From the IMG/VR virus record IMGVR_UViG_3300018081_000003: DNA of 46,347 nt; one strand, given 5' to 3'. The position numbers and the translations under genes were made by a program. Shown here piece by piece: positions 40,760-46,347 of this stretch (the first letter of the stretch is position 1; the number at the start of each line of letters is the position of its first letter). Source of the stretch: a virus. The notes beneath the pieces were generated by a model. It was not told the DNA's origin. It did no database searches and worked only from the letters and a program-made list of their open reading frames with translations.

Positions 40760-42616
40760 ATGCCGACTAGACAAGAAGTCATTAACTATATCACACAAGC
40801 AGCACAGCGCAGAGGAATTGATCCAGAAGTTGCGCTCCGTGTGTTTCATGGTGAGAGTGGATTTAATCCAAATGCGAAACTCATAACTCCACGAGAAGCG
40901 AGTTATGGTGTTACTCAGTTAAATATTAAGAATGGATTAGGTGTTGATGCTCTACGTAGAGGCATCGATCCTCGCGATCCTAATCAATGGCAGAGCACGA
41001 TTGACTTCTCACTCGATCACGTAAAGCGTGGTGGTTGGTCGCCTTGGTCTGCTGCAACGAAAGCTGGCGTTAGTAGATGGGGTGGAGTGCAGCGCGACTT
41101 TAATCCCGAGAATATAAGGCCACCGAAGTCTATTGATATAGGCGATCAACCAACGCTTGCATCTCTTAATCCCCCCACTAAAACCCCCTCTAAACCTCGA
41201 TCGGATATGAGTGGCGGGGCACAGACAGTATTAAGTCAACTCGCACCGACAGAGGCTAGTAACATGGCACGACCTTCAATACCCGATGCTATTAGAGAAG
41301 CGATGGATGAGACTATTAGAGGTGGGAAGGTACGGACTGCTGGCTTCGTGCCTCCGGGTTTAACTGCGGGGTCAGCTAAAACTAGAGCGAAGGCTAATGA
41401 AGCTGTTCAGCCACGCGGTACAATGAAGGATGTTGAAGGTGAGGCGAAACGTGCGAAGGAATTAAGAGAAGTACCTGATGCCGGTGCGCAGATCGGTGCG
41501 GGTGGTCGTAATCCTTCACCTGATGAAACGAGAGCATTAGCAACATGGTCAGAAGCTAATGATGCTTATATGGCAGGTCGTGGTCCTGATCCCGGTCCTC
41601 CGCCTCCAGTTGAAGGATTAACAGTTCCTCCTGGTGGTGGTCCGCGTGTCAAGAGTGCAACCGATCCTAAAGGTGCTGCTGATTTTAGAGAAGGTGGTCC
41701 TGCTGCGCGCACTGATCCTACATTAGCTGCGCAGAATGATCCTGCTGCACAATCATCATTAGCTGATCGCATTGCTGGACGTGCGAGAACAATGGGTGCT
41801 CCACTTGCTGTTGGTGCGGGTGTCGGTGCTGCTGTTGTAGGTGGTAGTTCTCAAAAGGCTAAAGACCCTGCACTTGCCGCAGTCGAACAACAGATGCAGG
41901 CTAGTCCCGGTGCGAACATTGATCCGGGTACAGCGAAGATGTTAGCTGCACAAGAACAGTCTGCTGGTTTGCCTCAAGGAACGTTATCAGGTGGTAATGC
42001 TGGTTGGAAAACATCGGCTTTACCTGTTGGTGGAATGTTGAAGGAGGCGGTGCCTGTATTTAAGGAAGTAATGAAAGACCCACAGGCACGACAAGCAATG
42101 CAGGTACTCGCTCCGAAAGTTGTACAGGCTAAAGCTCGAACGGATGCAATGACTGCGGATATGCAGAAAGACCCGACATACTATCAGCGAATGCAGTCGA
42201 TGAGGCAACCACAACAGATGCCTAATGATCCTAACAATCCATTAGCTGAGAGACAGATGATGGATGCAGTTAATAGGGATCAACGCGGCTCTATGACGCG
42301 CAGGCCGGTCGCATCAGCACCACAACAAGACCCCGCTGTTGCAATGGTACAGCAACAGATGCAAGTTCGTCCACCACAACCAGTACCGACGCAAGCTGTT
42401 ACATCTGCGCGACCTCCCGTAGTTGCACAGACTGAGCAATCGCCGCAACAGGGAGTACCGTGGGCGTCTAATAATCCCTATCCGCCGGGTGTCACTCCTA
42501 CTCCCGGTGCATATGATCCTACTACTGGTGTACAAGGGATGCCGAGTGCGGGACAGATGCCGATGGACCCCGCAATGATGCAGTTGATGCAGTTCTTTGG
42601 AGGTGGTGGTGAGTGA
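40760..42616 (+). CDS. virion-associated lytic transglycosylase (SLT domain) with long Pro/Ala/Gln-rich C-terminal region
   Basis: Track ORF 40745..42616. ATG 40760 follows GAGGATGGG. The N-terminus carries HGESGFNPNA...YGVTQLN (SLT catalytic Glu-Ser and a GLMQ-like motif). 618 aa. Confidence 0.8.
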   Translation: MPTRQEVINYITQAAQRRGIDPEVALRVFHGESGFNPNAKLITPREASYGVTQLNIKNGLGVDALRRGIDPRDPNQWQSTIDFSLDHVKRGGWSPWSAATKAGVSRWGGVQRDFNPENIRPPKSIDIGDQPTLASLNPPTKTPSKPRSDMSGGAQTVLSQLAPTEASNMARPSIPDAIREAMDETIRGGKVRTAGFVPPGLTAGSAKTRAKANEAVQPRGTMKDVEGEAKRAKELREVPDAGAQIGAGGRNPSPDETRALATWSEANDAYMAGRGPDPGPPPPVEGLTVPPGGGPRVKSATDPKGAADFREGGPAARTDPTLAAQNDPAAQSSLADRIAGRARTMGAPLAVGAGVGAAVVGGSSQKAKDPALAAVEQQMQASPGANIDPGTAKMLAAQEQSAGLPQGTLSGGNAGWKTSALPVGGMLKEAVPVFKEVMKDPQARQAMQVLAPKVVQAKARTDAMTADMQKDPTYYQRMQSMRQPQQMPNDPNNPLAERQMMDAVNRDQRGSMTRRPVASAPQQDPAVAMVQQQMQVRPPQPVPTQAVTSARPPVVAQTEQSPQQGVPWASNNPYPPGVTPTPGAYDPTTGVQGMPSAGQMPMDPAMMQLMQFFGGGGE

Positions 42617-43223
42617 TAGTGTATTAGTATTAGCTGATGGTACGAAGATTGATAAGTCTACTGGTAAGGTGGTGAGTGATACGAGTAAGCCGCCTGAATT
42701 GATAGATGAGAATGAGGAGGAGGTTGACGAAGATGAGATCGTGGCTATTAAAAAACGAATACCCGTTAATCGTTTCCTCGCTGATCTTCCTGGTGATGTT
42801 AATAGTACGAGAGCTATTGCGGTAATCTGCGGGCTTACGTTATTCGGACTTAATGATCGGGAGATATCCATTGTATGTAATACTGATATGGATAAGATTA
42901 CGGCTATCAAACAATCTGAACGATTTCAGGATTTCTCGACGGGTATTATAGACAATGTGATGAGGGCGCAGAGTGATAATATTAGAGCGATGTTTATCAG
43001 TCACTCGAAGGAAGCCGCGGATACTATAGTGAGCGGATTACGTAGTAAAGATTTCAACCTGAGATATGGAGTGTCAAAGGAGATACTAGATCGTGCGGGA
43101 TTTAGACCTGCTGACGTAGTAGAGCATCGTGTTAAACATGAGAATGAATTGAAGATTGTGCATATTAGAGGGGATGCTGAGAAGCATGTGACTATAGATG
43201 CTGATTTCGGGGAGCCTCTATAA
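42609..43223 (+). CDS. hypothetical protein, possible small terminase or HTH protein
   Basis: Track ORF 42597..43223 (TTG). GTG 42609 lies 5 nt after GGAGG. The segment LNDREISIVCNTDMDKITAIKQSERF looks HTH-like. The function is speculative. Confidence 0.45.
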   Translation: MSDSVLVLADGTKIDKSTGKVVSDTSKPPELIDENEEEVDEDEIVAIKKRIPVNRFLADLPGDVNSTRAIAVICGLTLFGLNDREISIVCNTDMDKITAIKQSERFQDFSTGIIDNVMRAQSDNIRAMFISHSKEAADTIVSGLRSKDFNLRYGVSKEILDRAGFRPADVVEHRVKHENELKIVHIRGDAEKHVTIDADFGEPL

Positions 43224-43702
43224 TGCCCGGAGAGTATGACGAGATTATTGCTGCTATGATGAACAATCAGGGATTGATGCAAGATCGCCCTGAGGACATT
43301 ACTGGTGTGACTTATCCTATTGGAGAGAACCTGTTTAACAATCAACCGGGACAACCACCACGTCCACGTTCACCCATTCATCGTGTGCATCCTAATGAGC
43401 CGAAAGATGATACGGCGACACAGTTGCAGCAATATCTAAACGATCAACAGCGATTTGAAGAGATGAATGCTGCGGGTATTGATACACTGCGACCATCGCA
43501 TCGTAATCAAGGCGATACAGAACGTAGTATGATGGATATGCCTCCTGAACAAAAGGCTCCGAGTGGTAATGTTGTGAAGGATCAATACAACAACCTTCCT
43601 CCTCCTGATCCTAATAACACAAGATACCCGATGACGGTCATGCCTCCACAAGAGATGATGCAACTGATGCAGTTTTATCAGAATAATGGCGGAGAAATCT
43701 AA
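43223..43702 (+). CDS. hypothetical Pro/Gln-rich protein (159 aa)
   Basis: TAATG overlap. The C-terminus EMMQLMQFYQNNGGEI shares MMQLMQF with the SLT protein. Confidence 0.65.
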   Translation: MPGEYDEIIAAMMNNQGLMQDRPEDITGVTYPIGENLFNNQPGQPPRPRSPIHRVHPNEPKDDTATQLQQYLNDQQRFEEMNAAGIDTLRPSHRNQGDTERSMMDMPPEQKAPSGNVVKDQYNNLPPPDPNNTRYPMTVMPPQEMMQLMQFYQNNGGEI

Positions 43703-43929
43703 TGGTAGCGCCTACAGTACGTGCATCTACTACACAGAGAGCACGTAAGTCCGAGGTATTCGATAAGATGACCACTGTACGTGGCTTCGGTCCTAGTGGT
43801 GGTGCAAATCTACGACAAGCGATGGCTGAAGTTATCGCTTCTGGTAAAGAGGGGAGAGATGCACTGAGCCAGATTGCTGAACGGCTTAATAGTCAGCAGA
43901 AGAACCTTCGTCCGAGTCATAAGAAGTAA
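43702..43929 (+). CDS. hypothetical protein (75 aa)
   Basis: TAATG overlap with the upstream stop. Confidence 0.6.
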   Translation: MVAPTVRASTTQRARKSEVFDKMTTVRGFGPSGGANLRQAMAEVIASGKEGRDALSQIAERLNSQQKNLRPSHKK

Positions 43930-43941
43930 TAGGAGATAGAG

Positions 43942-44316
43942 ATGGCGACTAATCCTGGCGTGAATGGTGTAGCTCAAGATCTTACTAATCGTATCGTGCG
44001 TAAACCAGCGAACATTGCTAGTGGTGCGACTATTAGTCAGCCGATTTTGATGCACGGATCACCTCTCGTTGGTATTGACTGCTCGATGTTGACGAGTACC
44101 GCGATCACTCTCCTTAATAGTATTGATGGTGGCTTGAGTTATCGTGCTGTTGAGGATGCAGTAACTGGTAATGCATTCAGCGCGATAGTAGAGGCTAATC
44201 GTTACCATCACGTCAGCCCACCTATTCGCGGATTGGATATGGTTAAGGTAGTCTGCGGAACTGCGGAGGCTGCGGCAAGAACTGTGATCTTGGTGAGTGA
44301 TAATACGAGGCGCTAG
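43942..44316 (+). CDS. hypothetical protein (124 aa)
   Basis: AGGAGA RBS. Lies directly upstream of the fibre gene, with TAGTG coupling. Confidence 0.65.
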   Translation: MATNPGVNGVAQDLTNRIVRKPANIASGATISQPILMHGSPLVGIDCSMLTSTAITLLNSIDGGLSYRAVEDAVTGNAFSAIVEANRYHHVSPPIRGLDMVKVVCGTAEAAARTVILVSDNTRR

Positions 44317-46347
44317 TGTTCAAGCAACACGTCAACACTCCGAGATACGCGAAGGATGCAGCTACGAAGCTGTACGTTGACGAACTTGGCGTGAAGTTAC
44401 AGACAGCGATTGATGATGCTATTGATACAATACCACCACCGCTAGATGCGTATACGAAGACGGAGGCTGATATAAGATATGTAAACGTCGCCGGGGATAC
44501 GATGACCGGCGATCTTACTATTAATAAGGCAGATGCACAGATACACCTAAAGAAGACAGCGGGTACTGGTGCGTATATTACCACATATAATGGAAGCCTT
44601 CCTCGTTGGTCGCTGCAACTTGGTAATGTTACTGCTGAAAGTGGAGCAAATGCAGGATCGGACTTTGCATTACTCCGTTTTAGTGATGCAGGGGCGTTAG
44701 TAGATGCACCACTAGTAATTAATCGCTCAACAGGATTAGGAACAGTTGCCGGTAATCCTACAGCACCATTAGGAATTGCGACGAAAGGATATGTAGATAC
44801 TGCTGTAGGGGTTATTAATCCAGCTAACTTCGTGTTGAAAGCTGGCGACACGATGAGTGGTGACTTACGTATTAATAAAACTGCCCCTTATCTCGTTCTC
44901 GATAAAACTACTGATGCTGGAGCCGTAATCATTGGAAAGAGGAATGGACTCAATCGTTGGTTTATAAATGTTGGTGCTAGTGATCCTGAGACTGGTGGTA
45001 ATGCTGGTTCTGGTTTCTATCTAACACGATGTAATGATGATGGAAGTGTTGGAGCAGATGTACTATTCATGGATCGTGTAACGGGTGCATCACGTTGGGC
45101 AGGTGATCTAACTATCAGGAAGTCAAATCCTTTTGTGGTCCTAGACAAAGCAGCGTCAGGACAATCGAATATTGTTGCCGGTGTGAAAGCGGGTGTTACT
45201 CGTTGGTGGCTACGTGTGGGGAATGATGAACCAGAGAGTAGCGGTGATGCAGGAAGTAATTTTGATATCCTCCGTTGGAGTGATACTGGTGCGTATTTAG
45301 GAGGCTCGTTAAATATTACCCGTGCGACTGGTAACGTGATTATTAATAATAACTTAAGTATTCAAAAAGAACTAGTAGTTAATGGTAGTTGCACTGTCTT
45401 CGGGCCGGGTCTTTCGTTAAGTGGTCCTGCTGGTCAGAGTGCAACGTTTAATATGACGAAAGCCGTAGATGGTGACGTTATACAATCATATATAAGCACT
45501 TATGCTGGTTCTAAATGGTTATGGAGATGGGCTGACGCTGGTAGCAATGATATTAATTTATATCGACTGAATGCGGCAGGATCAATCGTCAGTACACCGA
45601 TAAGTGTTGTCTGGTCTACTGGAAATATAAACTTCAATGCCACTGTGTCGGTTGGTAATAGCCTTACCGTAGGTGGACCAATCACGGCTTATGGTGGAAT
45701 GTGGATACATAACAACACAGACGCAGGCATTGTGTATCTAGGTAATAGTGGCGCGGTTTATCTACAGAATGATGGGGCTAGTCTCAATCTGTTCGGTAAA
45801 CCTGTGATTATGAATAATGCGTTGACCATTAGCGGAATACTCAATGCTAATGGTAAGATCGCAATTAACAATAGTACAGGATTGATTGCTAATAGTGCTG
45901 GAAGTCAAGCACTAGAAGTTAAGTCTGCTGGTGTAGGTAACTCATCATTCATGGCTTTCCATATACCCGGATCGTTTGCCTCTAATTTTGGTATTGACAC
46001 AGATACATTTTGGAAAGTTGGTGGTTGGAGTATGGGAGCCGTCGCACATAAAGTGTGGCACGATGGTATATGTCCGAATAGTGGTACGTATTTTAGAATG
46101 CCTAGCGGTTTGATGTATGTGATGGGCACATGTCCTGCTGGTATGGGTAACGGATGGGTTAATTTTCCAGTAGCATTTCCAACGACAGTGCTCGGTATAG
46201 CTATTACCGGCCAAGCTGCATTAGCAGATGGTAGTTCGATCACATGTAACCAACAGGCATTTGAACATGGTAGATTTTACTTCCAACCGAGATACGTTAA
46301 CAGCGGTGGTGCTGTAGGTGTGGCTACTCAACTATACTTCTACGTCG
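44316..46347 (+). CDS. tail fibre protein 2 (681 aa in total, 3' end wraps to 3..137)
   Basis: GTG 44316 overlaps the upstream TAG. The frame is open to the window end, so it is absent from the track. Contains repeated GDTM(T/S)GDL modules, a KGYVD motif and Gly/Asn/Thr-rich beta-type sequence typical of fibres. Confidence 0.75.
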   Translation, partial: MFKQHVNTPRYAKDAATKLYVDELGVKLQTAIDDAIDTIPPPLDAYTKTEADIRYVNVAGDTMTGDLTINKADAQIHLKKTAGTGAYITTYNGSLPRWSLQLGNVTAESGANAGSDFALLRFSDAGALVDAPLVINRSTGLGTVAGNPTAPLGIATKGYVDTAVGVINPANFVLKAGDTMSGDLRINKTAPYLVLDKTTDAGAVIIGKRNGLNRWFINVGASDPETGGNAGSGFYLTRCNDDGSVGADVLFMDRVTGASRWAGDLTIRKSNPFVVLDKAASGQSNIVAGVKAGVTRWWLRVGNDEPESSGDAGSNFDILRWSDTGAYLGGSLNITRATGNVIINNNLSIQKELVVNGSCTVFGPGLSLSGPAGQSATFNMTKAVDGDVIQSYISTYAGSKWLWRWADAGSNDINLYRLNAAGSIVSTPISVVWSTGNINFNATVSVGNSLTVGGPITAYGGMWIHNNTDAGIVYLGNSGAVYLQNDGASLNLFGKPVIMNNALTISGILNANGKIAINNSTGLIANSAGSQALEVKSAGVGNSSFMAFHIPGSFASNFGIDTDTFWKVGGWSMGAVAHKVWHDGICPNSGTYFRMPSGLMYVMGTCPAGMGNGWVNFPVAFPTTVLGIAITGQAALADGSSITCNQQAFEHGRFYFQPRYVNSGGAVGVATQLYFYV
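46225..46347. repeat. terminal direct repeat copy 2 (identical to 1..123)
   Basis: Exact 123-bp identity with the window start. Confidence 0.95.

Noticed and set aside
1-46347. CRISPR arrays, tRNA or rRNA genes, an integrase or attachment site, and a phage-encoded RNA polymerase
   Set aside because: I found no spaced direct-repeat array, no cloverleaf-compatible sequence, no tyrosine or serine recombinase motif and no RNAP-sized ORF on either strand.

Overview
The window is a complete, circularly permuted dsDNA phage genome. The first and last 123 bp are identical, so the unique length is 46,224 bp, and the junction falls inside a tail-fibre gene. Two opposed gene blocks diverge from an 840-bp non-coding control region (39430..40268). 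(1) A rightward virion and morphogenesis block runs from 40269, across the window junction, to 20840. It holds an SLT transglycosylase protein, tail fibre 2, the large terminase, portal, scaffold, capsid, adaptor- and nozzle-sized proteins, a collagen-like/S74 tail fibre, a GNAT-like protein, internal virion proteins and a 1415-aa giant protein. The gene order is T7-like. (2) A leftward early and replication block runs from 39429 to 20665. It holds a GC-rich early gene of unknown function, a GerE/LuxR-type mini-regulator, about 35 tightly coupled small ORFs, an HNH endonuclease, a Cas4-like nuclease, a Sak4-like ATPase, a DUF669-like protein, an SF1 helicase, a dNMP-kinase-like protein, a UDG-like/PolA fusion, MazG and a DUF3987-like protein. 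I found no phage RNA polymerase, integrase, tRNA, CRISPR array or recognisable endolysin. All functional calls rest on motifs I could read in the translations plus synteny; no database search was possible. The most unusual signals are: (a) a strongly over-represented 14-bp palindrome (consensus CTTATACGTATAAG, at least 16 copies, mostly in the early half), including copies in front of the GerE-like gene and upstream of sigma70-like promoters; (b) intrinsic terminators placed immediately upstream of the next gene's RBS, and promoter-then-terminator pairs about 100 nt apart, which suggests antitermination or attenuation control and possibly a short ncRNA; (c) a compositionally distinct, terminator-insulated first early gene; (d) translationally coupled micro-ORFs encoding single-pass membrane peptides that fall below the ORF-track cutoff; (e) a shared C-terminal MMQLMQF peptide on two virion-block proteins.
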